Shown here one piece after another: positions 17,348-25,242 of a DNA stretch of 26,478 bases. The stretch is from IMG/VR virus record IMGVR_UViG_2721755724_000002. One strand, written 5' to 3'. The first letter of the stretch is position 1. Every line of letters starts with the position of its first letter. This DNA comes from a virus. Its lineage: Duplodnaviria > Heunggongvirae > Uroviricota > Caudoviricetes. Below the pieces are notes generated by a model. It saw nothing but the letters and a program-made list of their open reading frames with translations, was not told the DNA's origin and ran no database searches. The translations under genes and the position numbers were made by a program.

Positions 17348-17381
17348 ATTGTTTTCACCTTGTAACGCTCGCAGCGTTACA
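16961..17381. repeat. Three copies of a palindrome TGTAACGC-N3-5-GCGTTACA (iteron- or operator-like)
   Basis: 16961-16981 TGTAACGCTGGCAGCGTTACC; 17169-17189 TGTAACGCCTCGAGCGTTACA; 17361-17381 TGTAACGCTCGCAGCGTTACA (just upstream of the ydaU start); extra half-sites at 16939-16946, ~17020-17031 and 17193-17200. Confidence 0.6.
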
Positions 17382-17425
17382 TTTAACTGATACCGAACAA
17401 AACGCTCCGGCACGATTAATTTCAA

Positions 17426-17848
17426 TCAATGCACTACGACAGAATCGCCGGATGATCCGCCGCGGCTGAAATGCGCTTTCCGGTAAACGGCCTGGACTGC
17501 ATCATCATGCGCATCAATTGCCGTATTCAGCGCTTCCTGAGCCGCCAGTAATGCGCGACGTTCCAGGGTGTCAAAAACGCTGAGGCGGTGTCGCAGTTCG
17601 CGCGGAAGAATTGCCAGGATTGCAGGAATCAACTTCTGGATTTTTTCCCTTTGCGCCTTTGTTTCACCTTTTAACCAGCGGTGATAGATGTTTTGCTGAT
17701 TGTTCCAGTCCTTGCCTGGCGCCAGGGCTAATTCACTCTCCCCCTGGCGCAAATATTCTTCAGTAATTGCGTTGGCAACCCACGCCTGACCTTTTTCGGC
17801 AGCCAGAGCTAACAACACTGATTCAATGTGCTCATGCCTGATTTTCAT
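17426..17848 (-). CDS. ydaT: YdaT-family prophage toxin-like protein
   Basis: ATG at 17848 (MKIRHEHIESVLLALAAEKGQAWVANAITEEYLRQG...) preceded by AGGGT; 140 aa, matching Rac YdaT as recalled; overlaps the end of ydaS. Confidence 0.8.
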   Translation of the reverse strand: MKIRHEHIESVLLALAAEKGQAWVANAITEEYLRQGESELALAPGKDWNNQQNIYHRWLKGETKAQREKIQKLIPAILAILPRELRHRLSVFDTLERRALLAAQEALNTAIDAHDDAVQAVYRKAHFSRGGSSGDSVVVH

Positions 17849-18059
17849 GAATACCCTTACCCGCCCGCTTTGCCTTACGATATTTGTCATAGATATTTGA
17901 GTCGTACTGAAGCTCCCCGCCAGATGCCTCTTGCAGACGCATCGCGCGGCCTTCAGGAACCAGTTCCCCCCATTGAGAAACAGCAGATGGATCAACGCCA
18001 GCAGCTTTCGCCACTTTGGCTTTCGTGCCGTAATAATTAATTACGTCTGATTTAAACAT
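17832..18059 (-). CDS. ydaS: Cro-like small regulator/toxin YdaS
   Basis: ATG at 18059 (MFKSDVINYYGTKAKVAKAAGVDPSAVSQW...) preceded by GGAGG at 5-nt spacing; divergent from racR. Track ORF starts at TTG 18086. Confidence 0.7.
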   Translation of the reverse strand: MFKSDVINYYGTKAKVAKAAGVDPSAVSQWGELVPEGRAMRLQEASGGELQYDSNIYDKYRKAKRAGKGIHENQA

Positions 18060-18136
18060 TGCACCTCCAATATTGAGTTTTCTCAATGTTAATCACTCAA
18101 GGAATCTCAAGTCAAGGGTTATTAAGATATCTAAAT
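18060..18136. promoter_or_regulatory. Divergent racR/ydaS control region with palindromic operator
   Basis: Perfect palindrome ATTGAG-TTTT-CTCAAT at 18072-18087; on the minus strand a -35-like TTGACT (plus 18110-18115) and -10-like TAACAT place the ydaS transcript start at the palindrome. Confidence 0.5.
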
Positions 18137-18544
18137 ATGAACGAGAAAACTTTAGGTCAACGAATTAGAGAAAGACGCAAGCAGGTAGGCTTAAGTCAAA
18201 GTGGTTTAAGCAAAGCTGCTGGCGTTTCTGGCTCATCAATTTCATTATGGGAAAGTGACCATACAGCCCCGCGCGGGCAAAATTTGCATAGACTCGCCGA
18301 GGTATTACAATGCTCACCGACCTGGATACTGTTCGGTGATGAGGATAAAACTCCGGATGCCCCAGTTTCACTCAATAGCCCCTTAGACTTATCGGAAGAT
18401 GAACTGGAGATGTTGCGACTGTATCGCGCACTTCCAAAATCCGAACAACAAGCACAAATCAGTGAACTCAGCGCTCGAGTTGAGAATTTTAATCGCCTAT
18501 TTACTGAGCTATTAGAAGCTCGCAAGCGTAACAAACATCAATAA
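18137..18544 (+). CDS. racR: Prophage repressor RacR (CI-like HTH regulator)
   Basis: MNEKTLGQRIRERRKQVGLSQSGLSKAAGVSGSSISLWE... has an XRE-type helix-turn-helix; divergent from ydaS. Alternative in-frame ATG at 18086 would overlap the operator. Confidence 0.8.
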   Translation: MNEKTLGQRIRERRKQVGLSQSGLSKAAGVSGSSISLWESDHTAPRGQNLHRLAEVLQCSPTWILFGDEDKTPDAPVSLNSPLDLSEDELEMLRLYRALPKSEQQAQISELSARVENFNRLFTELLEARKRNKHQ

Positions 18545-18604
18545 TCACCCCATCACAAATTTTTAAAGCCTTACATTTCAATGTATTGGCTTTATCTTGA
18601 GTCA

Positions 18605-18660
18605 AATATTGAGTTTTCTCATCAAAAACACTTGACCAAAAACAATGAGAAAACTAAATT
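18605..18660 (+). promoter_or_regulatory. Candidate leftward-early (pL-like) promoter with RacR operator copies
   Basis: Second copy of AATATTGAGTTTTCTCA at 18605-18621 (first at 18069-18085); -35 TTGACC 18632-18637, 17-nt spacer containing an inverted imperfect half-site (18643-18654), -10 TAAATT 18655-18660. Confidence 0.45.
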
Positions 18661-18812
18661 ACATCCCATCAAAACACCGCACGGTGTTCTCAGCAAACAG
18701 TTCCGCCACCCGGCGTTAAGGGGATACGAAGATGATCGCAGATGAAAAGCAGGGACTGGTGTTAAAAATAGATACCAGCCCCCTGAGACATCAGATTGAG
18801 AAGTTATACAAA

Positions 18813-19004
18813 CTACTTGTTCCTGCGGTTTTTAACTGTCCGGATGATTTTATTGATTGTTTTATTAAAGTGTTCACTGAAATCAGAATCTTTGATTTCC
18901 GCAAAACAATCACCGCAGATAAAACGATCATTGTCAGAGCCAGAGTGCTCATCGATCTCAATGTAGCGAGATCGGCAATGAGGACAGCGAAATTTAATAT
19001 CCAT
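18813..19004 (-). CDS. Small zinc-ribbon protein (CxxC-x17-CxxC)
   Basis: 63-aa ORF, ATG at 19004 with AAGGA Shine-Dalgarno; CPHC...CGDC pattern; common E. coli codons, whereas the overlapping plus ORF 18732-19010 uses AGA five times. Orientation is unresolved. Confidence 0.4.
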   Translation of the reverse strand: MDIKFRCPHCRSRYIEIDEHSGSDNDRFICGDCFAEIKDSDFSEHFNKTINKIIRTVKNRRNK

Positions 19005-19099
19005 AATTAATATCCTTACAGCAAATTACCATTTGTAAGGATATCACCTCACCTGATGTGGTTAAAAGCAGGTCGTAGGCTCCACGATACGGAGCAACT

Positions 19100-19297
19100 A
19101 TGAAGCCAATTCCCCCAGCGTTAAGGGAAAATGAGGTCAACATGGATACTATCGATCTTAGCAACAACGAATCCCTGGTGTGTGGCGTGTTCCCCAACCA
19201 GGATGGAACGTTCACCGCCATGACGTATACCAAAAGCAAAACGTTTAAAACCGAAGTTGGCGCGCGTCGCTGGTTGGAGAAGTACACAGTAAGCTAA
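19100..19297 (+). CDS. ydaF: Small prophage protein (YdaF-like)
   Basis: ATG at 19100 with GGAG Shine-Dalgarno; internal ATG at 19142 (MDTIDLSNNESLVCGVFPNQDGTF..., 51 aa) also has GAGG and matches the Rac YdaF length; typical codon usage. Confidence 0.55.
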   Translation: MKPIPPALRENEVNMDTIDLSNNESLVCGVFPNQDGTFTAMTYTKSKTFKTEVGARRWLEKYTVS

Positions 19298-19749
19298 CGA
19301 TTAAAACGTCTGCTCCTACTGTTCCAGAATAACTTCATAAAGTGGGAGTATTTTTCGGTGACGAGATAATAAGAACAGTTTGCGCCATCACTCTGATGTT
19401 GAATGATGCCCTTCCGTTCTAATTTTTTCATAACCGGGTTACGGCAAGGAGAAGTGATAATAAGATTTCCTGTTTTAAGGAAATCTTTAAATACAGCGAT
19501 TTCTTTCTCAGATAAACGAAGCAATACTCGTTGCTCTGGTAGCAATGAATAATGTTTTTGAATATGTGCTCGCAATCTTGAGAAGGAAATGGCAACCACG
19601 AAAGAAAAGGCAAAAACTATAATCTGAAAGAGCCAGGTTATTTCAGTATAAGCATTAAATACGACAGCAAACTCTTTCGGTATCAGCCAGAGAGTGAGGC
19701 CAAAAATGATAATCGTGTACATAAGTCTTTCGATGTGGCTCTTTAGCAA
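19294..19749 (-). CDS. sieB: Superinfection exclusion protein B-like membrane protein
   Basis: Two N-terminal TM segments (TIIIFGLTLWLIP; WLFQIIVFAFSFVVAISF) and position between immunity region and kilR as for Rac sieB; track start is TTG 19749, first ATG at 19722, neither with a clear RBS. Confidence 0.6.
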   Translation of the reverse strand: MLKSHIERLMYTIIIFGLTLWLIPKEFAVVFNAYTEITWLFQIIVFAFSFVVAISFSRLRAHIQKHYSLLPEQRVLLRLSEKEIAVFKDFLKTGNLIITSPCRNPVMKKLERKGIIQHQSDGANCSYYLVTEKYSHFMKLFWNSRSRRFNR

Positions 19750-20001
19750 AAAGTTTCAACAATGGAGTAAATACATCCAACATTTCAATAACTCTCGACT
19801 GTAAGGGTATTGAAATGTTAACACAAGCTCTCGCTGTAGGGGTATAGCCGAGACCACCGAAGCCCGGAGGTGGTGAAATAAAACCGGGCACAACACGAAG
19901 GCGCATTTCCGATATCCATAAAGAGTCGGTCTTGTCTGTTAAATATAAATGGTGGGAGTGCGCCTCCGGTTGTGAATAACGACATTGCTGTGTGTAGTCC
20001 T

Positions 20002-20050
20002 GGCGGCATCAGTTTTTTTCTTGAAGTTCGGCTGATGTCCGCCCTTTTTA
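20002..20050 (+). terminator. Candidate intrinsic terminator upstream of kilR (plus strand)
   Basis: Hairpin GGCGGCATCAG / CTGATG(T)CCGCC (20002-20012 / 20032-20043) with 19-nt loop, followed by CTTTTTA. Confidence 0.35.
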
Positions 20051-20224
20051 AAGTGAATTTTGTGATGCGGTGAATGCGGCTAAGCGCACGTGGCACAGTT
20101 AAAAGTCATGTTAGTCCTTATTGGTTTGGGTGGGAAAGCCGACTGTAATTGTTAACTGGTTGCAGTCACCTGGAGGCACCAGGCACCGCATCAACAAAGT
20201 TCATTTGTAAAAATGGAGATAATT

Positions 20225-20446
20225 ATGATTGCACATCACTTCGGAACTGATGAAATACCACGTCAGTGTGTGACTCCTGGCGATTATGTTCTTCATGAAG
20301 GCCGGACATATATTGCCTCGGCAAACAATATTAAAAAGCGAAAACTATATATTCGTAACCTGACCACAAAAACATGCATTACTGACCGCATGATTAAAGT
20401 CTTCCTCGGTCGTGATGGTTTACCTGTAAAGGCGGAGTCATGGTGA
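20225..20446 (+). CDS. kilR: KilR, FtsZ-targeting cell-division inhibitor of Rac
   Basis: ATG at 20225 preceded by GGAGA; 73-aa product [46 protein letters not shown]... matches KilR as recalled. Confidence 0.85.
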   Translation: MIAHHFGTDEIPRQCVTPGDYVLHEGRTYIASANNIKKRKLYIRNLTTKTCITDRMIKVFLGRDGLPVKAESW

Positions 20447-20616
20447 TGACTAAGAAAATAAAATGTGCTTACCACCTTTGCAAAAAAGACGTTGAAGAAA
20501 GCAAAGCTATTGAAAGAATGCTTCACTTCATGCACGGGGTTTTATCAAAAGACGAACCGAGAAAATATTGCAGTGAAGCTTGTGCCGAAAAAGACCAGAT
20601 GGCACATGAACTTTAA
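20446..20616 (+). CDS. ydaE: Small Cys/His-rich protein YdaE
   Basis: Not in the track (56 aa). ATG at 20446 overlaps the kilR stop (TGATG); translation [56 protein letters not shown]. Confidence 0.7.
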   Translation: MTKKIKCAYHLCKKDVEESKAIERMLHFMHGVLSKDEPRKYCSEACAEKDQMAHEL

Positions 20617-20690
20617 TTAATTGACTATTCGAAACTGAATTTATGCCAGAAATGGCAGGTATTCGCTCAACCTTAATTAAGGAGAAAAAC

Positions 20691-20966
20691 ATGATTACCA
20701 ATTATGAAGCCACTGTTGTAACTACCGATGACATTGTTCACGAGGTGAATCTGGAAGGAAAGCGCATTGGCTACGTAATTAAAACAGAAAATAAAGAAAC
20801 CCCATTCACTGTGGTTGATATCGATGGTCCATCAGGCAACGTAAAAACACTTGATGAAGGTGTCAAAAAAATGTGCCTGGTGCATATCGGAAAGAATCTG
20901 CCCGCAGAAAAAAAAGCCGAATTTCTGGCAACTCTAATTGCAATGAAATTAAAAGGTGAAATCTGA
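20691..20966 (+). CDS. racC: RacC
   Basis: ATG at 20691 preceded by AAGGAG; 91-aa product MITNYEATVVTTDDIVHEVNLEGKRIGYVIKTENKETPFTVVDIDGPSGN... matches Rac RacC as recalled. Confidence 0.8.
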   Translation: MITNYEATVVTTDDIVHEVNLEGKRIGYVIKTENKETPFTVVDIDGPSGNVKTLDEGVKKMCLVHIGKNLPAEKKAEFLATLIAMKLKGEI

Positions 20967-21067
20967 AAGAAATAGCCTGCGTATGGCGCAGGCTATGAAC
21001 AGTGTGTATCCGGCAAGATCATTCACTGAACAAAACGAATTTTAATCTGAGTTGAGGTTAAAAAACA

Positions 21068-23668
21068 ATGAGCACAAAACCACTCTTCCTGTTACGGAAA
21101 GCGAAAAAATCATCCGGTGAACCTGACGTCGTCCTGTGGGCAAGCAACGATTTTGAATCGACCTGTGCCACTCTGGACTACCTGATCGTTAAGTCAGGTA
21201 AAAAACTGAGCAGCTATTTTAAAGCTGTTGCCACGAATTTTCCTGTCGTTAATGACCTGCCCGCTGAAGGTGAGATCGATTTTACCTGGAGTGAACGCTA
21301 TCAACTCAGCAAAGACTCCATGACATGGGAACTAAAACCGGGAGCAGCACCAGACAACGCTCACTATCAAGGCAATACCAACGTCAACGGCGAAGACATG
21401 ACTGAGATTGAGGAGAATATGCTACTCCCAATTTCTGGCCAGGAACTGCCCATTCGTTGGCTTGCTCAACACGGCAGCGAAAAACCGGTAACGCACGTTT
21501 CACGCGACGGACTCCAGGCATTACACATTGCTCGGGCTGAAGAACTACCGGCTGTTACTGCCCTGGCTGTTTCCCACAAAACCAGCCTGCTCGACCCGCT
21601 GGAAATTCGCGAACTCCACAAACTGGTTCGTGACACTGACAAAGTTTTCCCTAATCCTGGTAATTCAAACCTGGGACTGATAACTGCTTTTTTCGAAGCA
21701 TACCTGAACGCTGACTACACCGATCGAGGACTGCTGACAAAAGAGTGGATGAAGGGTAATCGTGTTTCACACATCACTCGCACGGCTTCCGGTGCTAATG
21801 CTGGCGGCGGAAACCTCACCGATCGCGGCGAAGGTTTCGTACACGATCTGACGTCACTGGCGCGCGACGTAGCCACTGGCGTACTGGCCCGTTCAATGGA
21901 TCTGGACATCTATAACCTTCATCCGGCACACGCTAAACGCATTGAGGAAATTATCGCTGAAAATAAACCGCCCTTTTCTGTTTTCCGCGACAAATTCATC
22001 ACCATGCCTGGCGGGCTGGATTATTCCCGCGCCATCGTGGTTGCGTCCGTAAAAGAAGCACCAATTGGGATCGAGGTCATCCCCGCGCACGTCACTGAAT
22101 ATCTGAACAAAGTACTGACTGAAACCGATCATGCCAACCCTGATCCGGAAATCGTGGATATTGCCTGCGGTCGCTCCTCTGCCCCGATGCCGCAGCGAGT
22201 AACAGAAGAAGGAAAACAGGATGATGAAGAAAAACCGCAACCATCTGGAACAACGGCAGTTGAACAGGGAGAGGCTGAAACAATGGAACCGGACGCAACT
22301 GAACATCATCAGGACACGCAGCCGCTGGATGCTCAGTCACAGGTAAATTCTGTTGATGCGAAATATCAGGAACTGCGGGCAGAACTCCATGAAGCCCGAA
22401 AAAACATTCCATCAAAAGATCCTGTCGATGCCGATAAATTGCTTGCTGCATCACGTGGTGAATTTGTTGACGGAATTAGCGACCCGAACGATCCGAAATG
22501 GGTAAAGGGGATCCAGACTCGCGATTCTGTGTACCAGAACCAGCCAGAAACGGAAATAATCAGCCCGGATGCGAAACAACCTGAGCCAGTAGTGCAACAG
22601 GAACAGGAAATAGTCTGCAATGCCTGCGGTCAGACTGGCGGGGATAACTGCCCTGACTGTGGTGCGGTGATGGGCGACGCAACATACCAGGAAACATTCG
22701 GTGAAGAGAATCAGGTTGAAGCTAAGGAAAAAGATCCGGAGGAAATGGAAGGCGCTGAACATCCGCACAATGAGAATGCTGGCAGCGATCCGCATCGCGA
22801 TTGCAGTGATGAAACTGGCGAAGTCGCAGATCCCGTAATCGTAGAAGACATAGAGCCCGGTATTTATTACGGAATTTCGAATGAGAATTACCACGCGGGT
22901 CCCGGTGTCAGTAAGTCTCAGCTCGATGACATTGCTGATACTCCGGCACTGTATTTGTGGCGTAAAAATGCCCCCGTGGACACTACAAAGACAAAAACGC
23001 TCGATTTAGGAACCGCTTTCCACTGCCGGGTACTTGAACCGGAAGAATTTAGTAACCGCTTTATCGTAGCACCTGAATTTAACCGCCGTACAAACGCCGG
23101 AAAAGAAGAAGAGAAAGCGTTTCTGATGGAATGCGCAAGCACAGGAAAAACGGTTATCACTGCGGAAGAAGGCCGGAAAATTGAACTCATGTATCAAAGC
23201 GTTATGGCTTTGCCGCTGGGGCAATGGCTTGTTGAAAGCGCCGGACACGCTGAATCATCAATTTACTGGGAAGATCCGGAAACAGGAATTTTGTGTCGGT
23301 GCCGTCCGGACAAAATTATTCCTGAATTTCACTGGATCATGGACGTGAAAACCACAGCGGATATTCAACGATTCAAAACGTCTTATTACGACTACCGCTA
23401 TCACGTTCAGGATGCATTCTACAGTGACGGTTATGAAGCACAGTTTGGTGTGCAGCCAACTTTCGTTTTTCTGGTTGCCAGCACAACTGTTGAATGCGGA
23501 CGTTATCCGGTTGAGATTTTCATGATGGGCGAAGAAGCAAAACTGGCAGGCCAGCAGGAATATCACCGCAATCTGCGGACCCTGGCTGACTGCCTAAATA
23601 CCGATGAATGGCCAGCTATTAAGACGTTATCACTGCCCCGCTGGGCTAAGGAGTATGCAAATGACTAA
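21068..23668 (+). CDS. recE: Exodeoxyribonuclease VIII (RecE)
   Basis: 866-aa ORF, the full length of RecE; acidic/low-complexity middle region and C-terminal PD-(D/E)xK nuclease domain ([11 protein letters not shown]...[12 protein letters not shown]). Confidence 0.9.
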   Translation: MSTKPLFLLRKAKKSSGEPDVVLWASNDFESTCATLDYLIVKSGKKLSSYFKAVATNFPVVNDLPAEGEIDFTWSERYQLSKDSMTWELKPGAAPDNAHYQGNTNVNGEDMTEIEENMLLPISGQELPIRWLAQHGSEKPVTHVSRDGLQALHIARAEELPAVTALAVSHKTSLLDPLEIRELHKLVRDTDKVFPNPGNSNLGLITAFFEAYLNADYTDRGLLTKEWMKGNRVSHITRTASGANAGGGNLTDRGEGFVHDLTSLARDVATGVLARSMDLDIYNLHPAHAKRIEEIIAENKPPFSVFRDKFITMPGGLDYSRAIVVASVKEAPIGIEVIPAHVTEYLNKVLTETDHANPDPEIVDIACGRSSAPMPQRVTEEGKQDDEEKPQPSGTTAVEQGEAETMEPDATEHHQDTQPLDAQSQVNSVDAKYQELRAELHEARKNIPSKDPVDADKLLAASRGEFVDGISDPNDPKWVKGIQTRDSVYQNQPETEIISPDAKQPEPVVQQEQEIVCNACGQTGGDNCPDCGAVMGDATYQETFGEENQVEAKEKDPEEMEGAEHPHNENAGSDPHRDCSDETGEVADPVIVEDIEPGIYYGISNENYHAGPGVSKSQLDDIADTPALYLWRKNAPVDTTKTKTLDLGTAFHCRVLEPEEFSNRFIVAPEFNRRTNAGKEEEKAFLMECASTGKTVITAEEGRKIELMYQSVMALPLGQWLVESAGHAESSIYWEDPETGILCRCRPDKIIPEFHWIMDVKTTADIQRFKTSYYDYRYHVQDAFYSDGYEAQFGVQPTFVFLVASTTVECGRYPVEIFMMGEEAKLAGQQEYHRNLRTLADCLNTDEWPAIKTLSLPRWAKEYAND

Positions 23669-24494
23669 GCAACCACCTATCGCAAAAGCCGATCTGCAAA
23701 AAACTCAGGGAAACCGTGCACCAGCAGCAGTTAACGATAAGGATGTGCTGTGCGTGATTAACAGCCCGGCAATGAAAGCGCAACTGGCAGCAGCTCTGCC
23801 ACGTCACATGACAGCGGAACGCATGATCCGCATTGCTACAACAGAAATCCGTAAAGTACCGGAACTAAGAAACTGTGACTCGACGAGTTTTATCGGTGCC
23901 ATCGTACAGTGTTCACAGCTCGGACTTGAGCCAGGTAGAGCCCTCGGTCATGCATATCTGCTACCGTTCGGCAACGGAAAAGCAAAAAACGGTAAGAAGA
24001 ACGTACAGCTGATCATCGGTTATCGCGGCATGATCGACCTTGCCCGTCGATCAGGTCAAATCATCAGTCTGTCAGCTCGTGTTGTCCGTGAATGTGATGA
24101 ATTCAGCTATGAACTTGGCCTTGATGAAAAACTGGTTCATCGTCCCGGTGAAAACGAAGATGCCCCTATAACCCATGTCTATGCTGTTGCAAAACTGAAA
24201 GACGGAGGAGTGCAGTTTGAAGTCATGACCCGCAAACAAGTAGAAAAAGTTCGCGACACACACAGCAAGGCGGCAAAAAACGCAGCGTCAAAAGGGGCGT
24301 CGTCCATCTGGGATGAACACTTTGAAGACATGGCCAAAAAGACAGTGATACGAAAACTGTTCAAGTATCTGCCGGTATCTATTGAAATCCAGCGTGCAGT
24401 ATCGATGGATGGAAAAGAGGTGGAAACAATTAATCCAGACGACATATCGGTTATAGCCGGGGAATACAGTGTAATCGATAATCCAGAAGAATAA
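23661..24494 (+). CDS. recT: RecT single-strand annealing recombinase
   Basis: ATG at 23661 with GGAG Shine-Dalgarno, overlapping the recE stop by 8 nt; RecT-family sequence throughout. Confidence 0.9.
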   Translation: MTKQPPIAKADLQKTQGNRAPAAVNDKDVLCVINSPAMKAQLAAALPRHMTAERMIRIATTEIRKVPELRNCDSTSFIGAIVQCSQLGLEPGRALGHAYLLPFGNGKAKNGKKNVQLIIGYRGMIDLARRSGQIISLSARVVRECDEFSYELGLDEKLVHRPGENEDAPITHVYAVAKLKDGGVQFEVMTRKQVEKVRDTHSKAAKNAASKGASSIWDEHFEDMAKKTVIRKLFKYLPVSIEIQRAVSMDGKEVETINPDDISVIAGEYSVIDNPEE

Positions 24495-24538
24495 TCCAGC
24501 CTGGCGGTGTAATGCACCGCCAACGTGAGATAGTTTTT

Positions 24539-24745
24539 ATGACAAAAACTTTGAGATATGACGATGTTAAACCATGTCCGTTTTGTGGTTGTCCATCAGT
24601 AACGGTGAAAGACATTTCAGGATATTACCGGGCAAAATGCAACGGATGCGAATCCCGAACTGGCTATGGTGGAAGTGAAAAAGAAGCGCTCGAAAGATGG
24701 AATAAACGAACCACTGAAAATATTAATGGAGGCGTTCATGTATAA
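24539..24745 (+). CDS. ralR: Restriction alleviation protein Lar/RalR
   Basis: ATG at 24539; MTKTLRYDDVKPCPFCGCPSVTVKDISGYYRAKCNGCESRTGYGGSEKEALERWNKRT... zinc-ribbon-like, matches Lar as recalled. Confidence 0.8.
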   Translation: MTKTLRYDDVKPCPFCGCPSVTVKDISGYYRAKCNGCESRTGYGGSEKEALERWNKRTTENINGGVHV

Positions 24746-24926
24746 AATTACCGCTACAATTGAAAAGGAAGGTGGCACTCCTACTAACTGGACAAGATAT
24801 TCAAAATCTAAACTAACGAAATCAGAATGCGAAAAAATGCTCTCAGGTAAAAAAGAAGCAGGCGTTTCCAGAGAGCAGAAAGTAAAACTGATAAATTTTA
24901 ATTGCGAGAAACTTCAGTCCTCGTGA
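24738..24926 (+). CDS. ydaC: Small prophage protein YdaC
   Basis: ATG at 24738 with GGAGG Shine-Dalgarno, overlapping the ralR end; MYKITATIEKEGGTPTNWTRYSKSKLTKSECEKMLSGKKEAG... Confidence 0.7.
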   Translation: MYKITATIEKEGGTPTNWTRYSKSKLTKSECEKMLSGKKEAGVSREQKVKLINFNCEKLQSS

Positions 24927-25025
24927 ATTGCATTGTATTCAAATTAAAACTTCATAGCTGATTATTAATAATCAACATCAGGCGTCAATTTCAGTCTAAC
25001 ATTGGCGCCTGCCAGAGGTGATGCG

Positions 25026-25241
25026 ATGGCACAAGTAATCTTTAATGAAGAGTGGATGGTTGAATACGGCCTGATGCTTCGCACTGGTCTGGGGGCCAGA
25101 CAAATTGAAGCATACCGCCAGAACTGTTGGGTGGAGGGCTTCCACTTCAAACGAGTATCTCCTTTAGGTAAGCCAGACAGCAAACGAGGGATTATCTGGT
25201 ACAACTATCCAAAGATAAATCAGTTTATCAAAGACTCATGA
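25026..25241 (+). CDS. xisR: Excisionase-like protein
   Basis: ATG at 25026 with AGGTGA Shine-Dalgarno; 71-aa [71 protein letters not shown]; immediately upstream of the integrase. Confidence 0.7.
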   Translation: MAQVIFNEEWMVEYGLMLRTGLGARQIEAYRQNCWVEGFHFKRVSPLGKPDSKRGIIWYNYPKINQFIKDS

Positions 25242-25242
25242 T

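Noticed and set aside
19655-20096. Two overlapping minus-strand ORFs (83 and 92 aa) between sieB and kilR
   Set aside because: No RBS, odd composition, overlap the plus-strand hairpin; the region looks regulatory rather than coding.
21715-23566. Several 60-150-aa minus-strand ORFs inside recE
   Set aside because: Antisense to a well-supported 866-aa gene; low-complexity translations typical of antisense frames.
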